Of a stretch of 24,000 nt of DNA, positions 17,599 through 24,000 are shown piece by piece. Source of the DNA: Helcococcus kunzii ATCC 51366 (GTDB lineage: Bacteria > Bacillota > Clostridia > Tissierellales > Peptoniphilaceae); assembly GCF_000245755.1 (NCBI RefSeq), contig NZ_JH601088.1:1426535-1450534 (forward strand), written 5' to 3'. Below the pieces are notes generated by a model. That model saw nothing but the letters and a program-made list of their open reading frames with translations, did no database searches and was not told where the DNA came from. The position numbers and the translations under genes were made by a program. Numbering within the stretch: position 1 is the first letter of the stretch; each line of letters starts with the position of its first letter.

Positions 17599-17621
17599 AA
17601 GCTGCTATAAAATAGCAGCTT
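17599..17621 (-). other. Intra-operon stem-loop between the GrdB-like and M42 genes
   Basis: AAGCTGCTAT (17599-17608) / ATAGCAGCTT (17612-17621) is a perfect 10-bp palindrome that is GC-rich for this region. It begins 4 nt after the TAA stop at 17628..17626. Only a weak U-tract (TTTCATTAT) follows on the minus strand. Confidence 0.45.
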
Positions 17622-17625
17622 AACA

Positions 17626-18150
17626 TTAATAACATATTTTCTTTTCTAGTTCAGATAGCTCTTCGCTATTTTCGTGTTTTAACTTCATCCATTTTATTAA
17701 ATCTTCAAATGAATCGCTTAATCCAACTCCACCTTTTTTAGGCATTTTTATAATGGAAATTTTATCCTTAAATTCAGCGATTGTTTCAGCATTATCATCT
17801 GACATCATTGTAACAACTGGAATATCAGTTGTTTTGGATATATTATCAGTTAATTCGGCACACATTTTTGCATAATCGATAAAGTTAAAGCAAGGTCCAC
17901 AAACTACCATATCTGGATTAATCTTTTTAACCATTGCTGTCATTTTATCTATTACTTCTTGCTCATTATTTAAGAAATACTGATTTCCGCAATATAATGT
18001 AGCAAAAACTTTAGCATCTATCTTATCAAAATGTGGCTGTAGCATAAGAGCTGATCCTATCCCACCTTTAGCTATTTGTAATCCTACATTAGGATTACTC
18101 TTACCACCGGCACCAGCTAAACCTTGATCGAAAATTAATACTACTTTCAT
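17626..18150 (-). CDS. Stand-alone protein resembling the N-terminal domain of glycine/sarcosine/betaine/D-proline reductase protein B (GrdB/PrdB family)
   Basis: MKVVLIFDQGLAGAGGKSNP...ATLYCGNQYFLNNEQEVIDKMTAMVKKINPDMVVCGPCFNFIDYAKMCAELTDNI parallels my recollection of the GrdB N-terminus (VVHYINQFF.GIGGEEKA ... VVCGD.YF.EN.DEA...I..MI....PD....GPAFNAGRYG.ACG). It is only 174 aa and ends at a TAA. The RBS is AGGAGAA. Confidence 0.55.
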   Translation of the reverse strand: MKVVLIFDQGLAGAGGKSNPNVGLQIAKGGIGSALMLQPHFDKIDAKVFATLYCGNQYFLNNEQEVIDKMTAMVKKINPDMVVCGPCFNFIDYAKMCAELTDNISKTTDIPVVTMMSDDNAETIAEFKDKISIIKMPKKGGVGLSDSFEDLIKWMKLKHENSEELSELEKKICY

Positions 18151-18180
18151 AATTAACTTCTCCTTTTTTACACATTAATT

Positions 18181-19533
18181 CTATAAATCATCAAAAGATA
18201 AATCGTCAAATGATAAATCATCGATTTCATCTTCTTTGTCTTTTTGTAGACGTTCTTCGTCAAGATATTTCTTATCCAATAATTTTAGGAATGGATAATA
18301 TATCAACATATTTATCGCTAAAAGTGCAAATTGAACAATAACAGCGTTGAATGATCCGGTTACCAGATAACCAGAGAATCCAATCGGTGTTGTCCATGGT
18401 AACTGTACCCCGGTTGTGATTGGCATAAATCCGACCATAGTTGCTAACATTGCAAGTACGGTATTTACAACTGGTGTTAATATAAATGGAATAATCATAA
18501 TTGGATTAAGCACTATTGGTAAACCAAAGATAATTGGTTCATTGATACCAAATATACCTGCAGGTAATGATAATCTACCTAACATCTTAATTCTATTTGA
18601 TTTTCCTAAAAACGCCATCATAATTACTAAACCAAGTGTTGATCCACCACCACCAAAGTTACAGAAGAAATCACTAAATCCAGCTGTAAATATATTTGTC
18701 ATTTCTAAACCAGCTTTTGCAGCTTCATAGTTTTCTAAAGTAAGCGCTTTATGTATTGGTGCAAATATTGTATTTGTTACAGCAGGTCCGTTGATTCCAA
18801 AGAACCAGAATAGTGTTGATAAGAATTGATAAATTACTTCAAATGCTGGGTTCTTACCTAAACCAACAAGTGGAGCTTGCAATACTTCATAAATAAAGTT
18901 GTGAGCATATTCGTATGATGTCTTACTAAATAGTATATTTAATACGAAGAAAAATACCATTACAAACGCCGCAGGTATCAACGCTGCAAATGAGTCCATA
19001 ACTGCAGGTGGTACCCCTTCTGGCAATTTGATAACAAGTTTTCTCTTAAACGCCCAATTAAAAATTCTAACTGAAATAATTGCTATTATCATAGATAGGA
19101 ACATTCCAGCTGTCCCTAAATTCCCAAATGAGAAACCTCTAAAAGCATTTTCTGCTTCATTTATAAAAGCTGGATGAGTTTGTGGAGTAATAATTAAAAA
19201 TGATACAAGTGAGATTACTGCTGCACCTATATTATTTGTCATTTTTAATTCTTTAGAGTAACAATACGCTATTGATAATGAAGCTAGTAATGCCACACAG
19301 TCAAATGCTATACCATATACTCTTCCTAAAAACGCATCCCATCCTTCACCAAATATTCCAGCCATAAATTCTGGATATCCCGCGATTGGGAAATTTGCAA
19401 CTAATAAGAATATTGATCCAACAATTACTATTGGAACTGTTACTAAGAATCCATCTCTAATCGCACTTAATACTTTATTTTTTGAAAGCGCATTAGCTAT
19501 TGGACCTAAGATTTTATCCATTTTTTCTAACAT
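18181..19533 (-). CDS. PTS EIIC, lactose/cellobiose/chitobiose (Lac) family, with acidic C-terminal repeat tail
   Basis: A 450-aa polytopic protein with the typical Lac-family EIIC N-terminus (LEKMDKILGPIANALSKNKVLSAIRDGF) and a GINGP-type block. It is flanked by EIIB and EIIA of the same family. The tail reads EDEIDDLSFDDLSFDDL. Confidence 0.85.
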   Translation of the reverse strand: MLEKMDKILGPIANALSKNKVLSAIRDGFLVTVPIVIVGSIFLLVANFPIAGYPEFMAGIFGEGWDAFLGRVYGIAFDCVALLASLSIAYCYSKELKMTNNIGAAVISLVSFLIITPQTHPAFINEAENAFRGFSFGNLGTAGMFLSMIIAIISVRIFNWAFKRKLVIKLPEGVPPAVMDSFAALIPAAFVMVFFFVLNILFSKTSYEYAHNFIYEVLQAPLVGLGKNPAFEVIYQFLSTLFWFFGINGPAVTNTIFAPIHKALTLENYEAAKAGLEMTNIFTAGFSDFFCNFGGGGSTLGLVIMMAFLGKSNRIKMLGRLSLPAGIFGINEPIIFGLPIVLNPIMIIPFILTPVVNTVLAMLATMVGFMPITTGVQLPWTTPIGFSGYLVTGSFNAVIVQFALLAINMLIYYPFLKLLDKKYLDEERLQKDKEDEIDDLSFDDLSFDDL

Positions 19534-19534
19534 A

Positions 19535-19855
19535 CTATCTTCCTTTCTTTAATTCAAATAAGGCTTTTTTCAGCACTCTTTCGCCATTCATAGTACCATA
19601 ATCTTCGGTATCTATTACCATAATAGGTTTACCTAAGTCCCCATATTTATCTTTTACTTTTTCATAAATATGTTTTACTTGAGGTCCCAATAAAATAACA
19701 TCTGGGTTTAATTTTGTAATAATTTCATCCATTTTACCTTGTGAATAAGCCTTAACTTCAATAGGTAAACTATTTTCGTCTGCCACTTTTTGCATTCTTT
19801 GTGCCAATAAGCTTGTAGACATCCCATTATCACAAAATAGATAGAATTTTTTCAT
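19535..19855 (-). CDS. PTS EIIB, lactose/cellobiose family
   Basis: KFYLFCDNGMSTSLLAQRMQ contains the phosphorylatable Cys in the CxxGxSTS context. I moved the start to ATG 19855 (RBS GGGAGAA 8 nt upstream). The stop lies 1 nt before the EIIC ATG. Confidence 0.85.
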   Translation of the reverse strand: MKKFYLFCDNGMSTSLLAQRMQKVADENSLPIEVKAYSQGKMDEIITKLNPDVILLGPQVKHIYEKVKDKYGDLGKPIMVIDTEDYGTMNGERVLKKALFELKKGR

Positions 19856-19923
19856 AGCCATTTCTCCCTTCTTCATATATTTAGGTTTTTTAAGGCAACC
19901 TATAATCCTTTAATACGCTTAGT

Positions 19924-20502
19924 TTATAGTATTTCTTTCACATAAGTAGAAAACATTTTATCTTGTAATGTTTGATTTCTTTTTTTATCTCGAATGGACA
20001 TAATTACAGATATGCCAATAAGGATAAACATCGGTATTGCAATTATCTTATCAATTTTTTCTACATTTTCTATTGAAAGAATTCTTAAAATCGTCCTTAA
20101 AATCACATTAAATGAGCTAAATAGTATCCCTTGAAGTATAAAACAACCAATGAAAAATCGCTTAAATAATGTTAAAAATTGTGGTTTTGTATTATCTTCG
20201 TTTAAAATCTCAATCCTAACAGCTTTCATCATCAATGTTTGAGCTCTTTTTGATTTATAAGGAATGTACACATAATAAATAAAAGCTACAATTAAAGGAA
20301 CGATGATAGATATAATATTGGTCACATTATCATGTTTTACAATATTGCCCATTTTATCTGATTTATTAGTCCAAATAAAAACTAATCTCATAAATAGATT
20401 TAATAATACTGATGAAAAATACCAATCAACAGCAAAGGCAAATACTCTTTTTACAAAATATCCCGCCCTATTTTCCGATTTTACTGTTGTTATTTTTTTC
20501 AT
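19924..20502 (-). CDS. RDD-family small membrane protein
   Basis: AGYFVKRVFAFAVDWYFSSVLLNLF carries the R and first D, and the C-terminal QTLQDKMFSTYV carries the second D. There are 3-4 TM segments. The start overlaps the EIIA stop (ATGA, 20502-20499). Confidence 0.65.
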   Translation of the reverse strand: MKKITTVKSENRAGYFVKRVFAFAVDWYFSSVLLNLFMRLVFIWTNKSDKMGNIVKHDNVTNIISIIVPLIVAFIYYVYIPYKSKRAQTLMMKAVRIEILNEDNTKPQFLTLFKRFFIGCFILQGILFSSFNVILRTILRILSIENVEKIDKIIAIPMFILIGISVIMSIRDKKRNQTLQDKMFSTYVKEIL

Positions 20503-20816
20503 TTTAGATCCTTGACTAATTTTAATATACTTATATTTTCTTCACATATTAATCTAAAATTATCTGCCGCCATTAGCTGATCTTCAGCATGCATCAATAT
20601 CAAACTAAAATCTATTTTTTCACCATTTGTTTCCTTATATATTAATTCAGAATGTGCTTCATGCGCTTTTAGATATTCTTTTTTTCCCTCTTCGATTAGT
20701 TCTTCTGCTTTTTCAAAATCAAATTTTCTTGCATATCTCATAGCCTCAATATAACTTGATTTTGCAGCCCCTGAAGAGGATATTATCTGAAAGCAAATCA
20801 TTTCAATATTTTCCAT
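20499..20816 (-). CDS. PTS EIIA, lactose/cellobiose family
   Basis: A 105-aa all-helical small protein. SLILMHAEDQLMAAD contains the conserved phospho-His context of EIIA(Lac/Cel). The RBS is AAGGGGTGAAA. Confidence 0.85.
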   Translation of the reverse strand: MENIEMICFQIISSSGAAKSSYIEAMRYARKFDFEKAEELIEEGKKEYLKAHEAHSELIYKETNGEKIDFSLILMHAEDQLMAADNFRLICEENISILKLVKDLK

Positions 20817-20840
20817 TTCTCATTTCACCCCTTTATATTT

Positions 20841-21809
20841 CTAAAGTAATTTAAGTTCTGCGGTACGAGTTTTCATATATTCGTCTAACCATTCTTGAGA
20901 AGCTTCATAATGAATGCTTTTATCATCTTCTCTTTTTGTCAAATACACTTTAGGTGCATGATTTTCAGATGCATATACAAATGAAAATCCTTCGATATTG
21001 GTTGAAACACCATATTCACCTTTGTTATTAATAGCAACTACAGATAAATCTCCCGCTTTTCCTCTTAATTTAATTAGTTTTTTTTCTAAATCTGAAACAG
21101 CTTTATCACACGCTTGCTGAGGAGTTAAACCTTCAGACATCAATCTAACAATTTCATAAGAGATACAACCTTTCATTAAGTCTTCACCTAATCCAGTTGC
21201 ACTTGCGCCACCAATTTCAGAATCTGCATAAAATCCTGATCCAATAACTGGACTATCTCCGACTCTTCCTTTTTTCTTCATAAAAAGCCCAGATGTTGAA
21301 GTACCTACAGATATTTTATTGTTTGTATCTAAGCAAACAACTCCAACTGTATCATGTCCGATATATGGTTTTAATTCTGATTCTTCCTGTTTTATTCTAT
21401 CTTCCTTCACTCTATTTTTGTAATGTATGATAGCTCTATCGGTTAGCATATTTTTTCTTTCAAAACCCGCCTTATGTGCATATCTCTCTGCTCCATCTCC
21501 CACTAAAAAACAATTTACTTTTTCATCAGAAAGTTTTCTAGCAATAGAAATAGGATTACTAAAATCCCTAATACCAGCAATCGCACCAATATTGAAATTA
21601 TTTCCGTCCATAAAACCAGCATCCATTTCTACTTCCATGTCTTCATTAGGTAATCCACCATAACCAACTGATTTAAAAAATGGAAAATCTTCTACATCTT
21701 TTATAATATTTTCAACAATTTCTCCTGAATCTTCTCCCTCTTTTAAGCATTTATAATTATTTTCAATGCCTTCTAAGGACATTCTCCAGGTACCAATTAC
21801 TGCCCACAT
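20841..21809 (-). CDS. Cytoplasmic N4-(beta-N-acetylglucosaminyl)-L-asparaginase (glycosylasparaginase, Ntn hydrolase)
   Basis: It is collinear with human/Flavobacterium-type glycosylasparaginase: VIGTW (cf. VVNTW), SVGYGGLPNEDMEVEMDAGFMDG (cf. SVGFGGSPDE...LDAMIMDG), the autoprocessing site GHD|TVGVV, GRVGDSPVIGSGFYAD, GASATGLGEDLM and FSFVYASEN. There is no signal peptide. The RBS is AGGAGGA. It is the first gene of the operon. Confidence 0.85.
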   Translation of the reverse strand: MWAVIGTWRMSLEGIENNYKCLKEGEDSGEIVENIIKDVEDFPFFKSVGYGGLPNEDMEVEMDAGFMDGNNFNIGAIAGIRDFSNPISIARKLSDEKVNCFLVGDGAERYAHKAGFERKNMLTDRAIIHYKNRVKEDRIKQEESELKPYIGHDTVGVVCLDTNNKISVGTSTSGLFMKKKGRVGDSPVIGSGFYADSEIGGASATGLGEDLMKGCISYEIVRLMSEGLTPQQACDKAVSDLEKKLIKLRGKAGDLSVVAINNKGEYGVSTNIEGFSFVYASENHAPKVYLTKREDDKSIHYEASQEWLDEYMKTRTAELKLL

Positions 21810-21847
21810 TTTATCCTCCTAAATCCTAACTATACCTCTCTGATTTA

Positions 21848-21876
21848 AACTTAACAAACAACCATATATATTTCAA
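21848..21876 (-). promoter_or_regulatory. Candidate activator-dependent promoter of the PTS/glycosylasparaginase operon
   Basis: On the minus strand: -35 TTGAAA (21876..21871), a 17-nt spacer, and a weak -10 TAAGTT (21853..21848). It lies about 40 nt upstream of the ATG at 21809. Confidence 0.35.
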
Positions 21877-21886
21877 AGATATCCTT

Positions 21887-21902
21887 TTCCTATAGTTAGG
21901 AA
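21887..21902. promoter_or_regulatory. Palindrome TTCCTA-TAGT-TAGGAA upstream of the operon -35 (candidate binding site of the PRD activator)
   Basis: The 6-bp arms are exact reverse complements, 10 bp upstream of the putative -35. Its core TATAGTTAGGA (21891-21901) recurs inverted as TCCTAACTATA at 21824-21834, just upstream of the operon RBS. Confidence 0.35.
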
Positions 21903-21911
21903 ATTCAGATA

Positions 21912-21940
21912 TTACCATTCTTGAAAATGTCTGATATAAT
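21912..21940 (+). promoter_or_regulatory. Candidate promoter of the regulator gene (extended -10)
   Basis: -35 TTACCA (21912-21917), a 17-nt spacer, and TG-n-TATAAT (TG 21932-21933, TATAAT 21935-21940). This would leave a very short leader before the RBS GGAGG (21948-21952), which lowers confidence. Confidence 0.35.
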
Positions 21941-21957
21941 CATAATTGGAGGTTTCT

Positions 21958-23850
21958 ATGACAAATAGACAAAACCAAATAATTCAATTGCTTATGGATA
22001 ATAAATGGATTACGGGGTCTAACCTTTCTATCATTTTAGGAGTTTCAGATAGAACAATACGTTCAGACATTAAAAATATCAATAATAAATTAGGTTATAC
22101 TTTAATACATTCAGACAATAGATTGGGTTATAAAATTAAAGACAAAAATATAAAATTGACTTCAAATAAGAAAATAGCGGAAACACCATATGAAAGAAAA
22201 TTATACATTCTAAAAAAATTACTTCTTCATAAAGGTGAAATAGACATCTATGATGATATTATCGATGAATTATTTGTAAGTGACGCCACTTTATTAAATG
22301 ATATTAGTGATATAAACAAAGATCTTTACGAATACAAAAAAATTTCAATCAGTAAGAATGGTTCAAAAATACAAATTATCGGCGATGAAAAGTGCATTCG
22401 TAGATTATATAAGGATTTGCTAATTAAAGAAACGGAAAATAATTTATTTAACATAAATCAAATTGCCTTACTTTACAAAAATTTCGACTTAATAGAGATG
22501 AAAAATATTTTGGAAAAACTTCTCGAAGAATATAACTATATAATTGATGAAGTTGCATTCCCTATTTTAATGATTCATTTGGGGGTCAGCATTGATAGGA
22601 TAATTTCCAAAAACACTTTAGACATCATTGAATCAAATAATGAAATTAAAAATAGTGTAGAATATTTAATTTCAAAGAAGTTTTTTGGTGAAATCAATAA
22701 ACGTTTTAGCATAGATTCAGACGAAGCAGAGGTCGCCCTATTTGCAAAAACTCTTATGAGTAAAAATAGAAACTATTCTAGAGATTTATCCAATATTACA
22801 GAATATAAGATCATAGTTAAAGACCTATTAAAATATATCTATGAAGATTATGGCATTAATTTCTTATCCGATGAAGAATTAATAAACAGCTTATGCGTCC
22901 ACATAGAAGCTTTGATTGCCAGGATTAAGCTAAATGCTCCAACCACAAATCTCTTCTTGGACGAAATAAAAAAAAGATATCCATTCGTTTTTGAATTAGC
23001 CCTAATCAGTGCACATTATTTAAATGAAAAGCTTGATGTGATCATCACAGAAGAAGAAATAGGATTTTTATGCCTACATTTGGGCACGGCATACGAAAGA
23101 AATTACATGCACAAATATAGAGTGCTACTGATTTCTCCTCAAATAAACATAATTAACAATAAATTAGAAGACAATATCAATAAATTCTTTAATAACAAAT
23201 TAGAAATTGTTGACAAACTAAACTATTTCGAAGAAAATGCGGTACTAAAGATTAATCCGGATATAATAATATCAAACACACAAATTTATCATTCGTTAGA
23301 CATTCCTACAATATTTGTATCACCCTTCTTTTTACCCGAAGATGAATCAAATATATTGCAAACAATCAATGCCTTGGATAATAAACGATTAAAGAAAGAA
23401 TACAGTAAATACCTTGACGAAATATTAAGTAGTGAAAATTTCTACACCAGAATGGACTTTGACAGCAAAGAAGATGCCATCAAATTTTTATGCGATAAAC
23501 TAGTGGAAAAAGGCAATATCACCAACAATTACTATAGCAGTGTAATAAATAGAGAAAAAATGTCCACAACATCATTTTCTCAAGGATTTGCCATTCCTCA
23601 CAGCATTGATACAGATGATATCATCAAATCAAGCATCTCCGTCCTTATTTTAGATAACCCCATCGATTGGGGAAATTACAGAGTGCAAATAATATTTTTA
23701 CTAACCATAAAAAATATCAACAGCCCCGCACTAAAACTATTCTTCAATTGGATGGACGTCATCGCCTCCGACGTAGGCAAATTCTCAAAATACTTAACAT
23801 GCAAGTCATTTGAAGAATTTATAGATATTTTTGATAATGACAATAATTAA
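21958..23850 (+). CDS. PRD-domain transcriptional activator of the LicR/MtlR/ManR type (HTH + 2 PRD + EIIB-like + EIIA(Mtl/Fru)-like)
   Basis: The N-terminal HTH is NRQNQIIQLLMDNKWITGSNLSIILGVSDRTIRSDIKNIN. PRD-type conserved His contexts are present (ILMIHLGVSIDRI, SLCVHIEALIARI, FLCLHLGTAYER). The C-terminal EIIA-2 domain has GFAIPHS. There is no sigma-54 AAA+ module. I moved the start to ATG 21958 (RBS GGAGG). The track's start at 21946 is a TTG. Confidence 0.85.
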   Translation: MTNRQNQIIQLLMDNKWITGSNLSIILGVSDRTIRSDIKNINNKLGYTLIHSDNRLGYKIKDKNIKLTSNKKIAETPYERKLYILKKLLLHKGEIDIYDDIIDELFVSDATLLNDISDINKDLYEYKKISISKNGSKIQIIGDEKCIRRLYKDLLIKETENNLFNINQIALLYKNFDLIEMKNILEKLLEEYNYIIDEVAFPILMIHLGVSIDRIISKNTLDIIESNNEIKNSVEYLISKKFFGEINKRFSIDSDEAEVALFAKTLMSKNRNYSRDLSNITEYKIIVKDLLKYIYEDYGINFLSDEELINSLCVHIEALIARIKLNAPTTNLFLDEIKKRYPFVFELALISAHYLNEKLDVIITEEEIGFLCLHLGTAYERNYMHKYRVLLISPQINIINNKLEDNINKFFNNKLEIVDKLNYFEENAVLKINPDIIISNTQIYHSLDIPTIFVSPFFLPEDESNILQTINALDNKRLKKEYSKYLDEILSSENFYTRMDFDSKEDAIKFLCDKLVEKGNITNNYYSSVINREKMSTTSFSQGFAIPHSIDTDDIIKSSISVLILDNPIDWGNYRVQIIFLLTIKNINSPALKLFFNWMDVIASDVGKFSKYLTCKSFEEFIDIFDNDNN

Positions 23851-23926
23851 AAGACCTAGTCGCAACACATTTTCTAAAGTTATCAAACTTTATAGAAATG
23901 TTATAGACTAGGTCTTAAGTTTTTTA
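23851..23926 (+). terminator. Terminator after the regulator gene
   Basis: AAGACCTAGTC (23851-23861) pairs with GACTAGGTCTT (23906-23916). An inner imperfect helix (ACATTT../..AAATGT) shortens the loop. It is followed by AAGTTTTTTAT and starts immediately after the TAA stop. Confidence 0.6.
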
Positions 23927-24000
23927 TGAAATGTTAAATTTGGGGATAACAACATACTTGGCTATTTTGGCGAAAATTTTTTAAATCACGTGAGAAATGA

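Noticed and set aside
17599-17628. GrdB-like gene as a selenoprotein, with the downstream hairpin acting as a SECIS element
   Set aside because: The ORF ends at TAA (17628..17626), not TGA. There is no in-frame continuation into a GrdB C-terminal half, since the next frame is the M42 paralog with its own RBS. A bacterial SECIS must follow a UGA codon.
18416-18730. 104-aa + strand ORF antisense to the EIIC gene
   Set aside because: It is a mirror-frame artefact of a hydrophobic membrane-protein gene, with no RBS and no recognisable motifs. The same reasoning applies to the antisense ORFs at 15288-15548, 15803-15985, 20303-20515 and 21427-21663.
19882-19902. Small hairpin TAGGTT-N9-AACCTA in the 68-nt gap between the RDD and EIIB genes as an internal terminator
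   Set aside because: It has only a 6-bp AT-rich stem and no U-tract on the minus strand, so it is too weak to call.
1-24000. Mobile elements, prophage, defence systems, toxin-antitoxin pairs, and tRNA/rRNA genes
   Set aside because: I found no integrase, transposase or recombinase-like ORFs and no terminal inverted repeats flanking a block. I also saw no small adjacent ORF pairs typical of TA modules and no structured RNA gene signatures. Apart from the 12176-12596 repeat array, the window reads as metabolic and transport genes.

Overview
This is a low-GC, Firmicutes-style chromosomal window. I saw no rRNA, tRNA, CRISPR array, transposase or integrase. All calls come from reading and hand-translating the sequence, so family names are motif-level recognitions, not database hits.

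There are four blocks:

1. **1-3386 (-):** an edge-truncated ORF missing from the supplied track. It encodes a secreted multidomain N-glycan glycosidase, with a GH85 endo-beta-N-acetylglucosaminidase fused to the start of a StrH-like GH20 hexosaminidase.
2. **3657-10078 (-):** an ABC importer (lipoprotein SBP, ATPase, fused 12-TM permease) translationally coupled to a glycerophosphodiester phosphodiesterase. Two membrane proteins follow, one of them PAP2_3/Aur1-like.
3. **10404-12152 (+):** an orphan DUF2207-like membrane protein. It is followed at 12176-12596 by an array of eight hairpin-forming inverted repeats. The geometry is rigid (arm offset 27 nt, period 52-53 nt) and the stems show compensatory changes.
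4. **12644-21809 (-):** an 11-gene operon, the most interesting part of the window. In order it encodes a cytoplasmic glycosylasparaginase, Lac/Chb-family PTS EIIA/EIIB/EIIC with an RDD membrane protein inserted, a stand-alone GrdB-N-terminal-like protein, a catalytically degenerate M42 paralog, an intact M42 aminopeptidase, an M20 peptidase, CutC and a ROK kinase. A LicR/MtlR-type PRD activator (21958-23850, +) is transcribed divergently.

I propose that block 4 is a PTS-based uptake and catabolic system for GlcNAc-Asn or GlcNAc-Asn glycopeptide remnants. These are what the GH85 enzyme leaves on deglycosylated proteins. I do not know of this component set having been described before.
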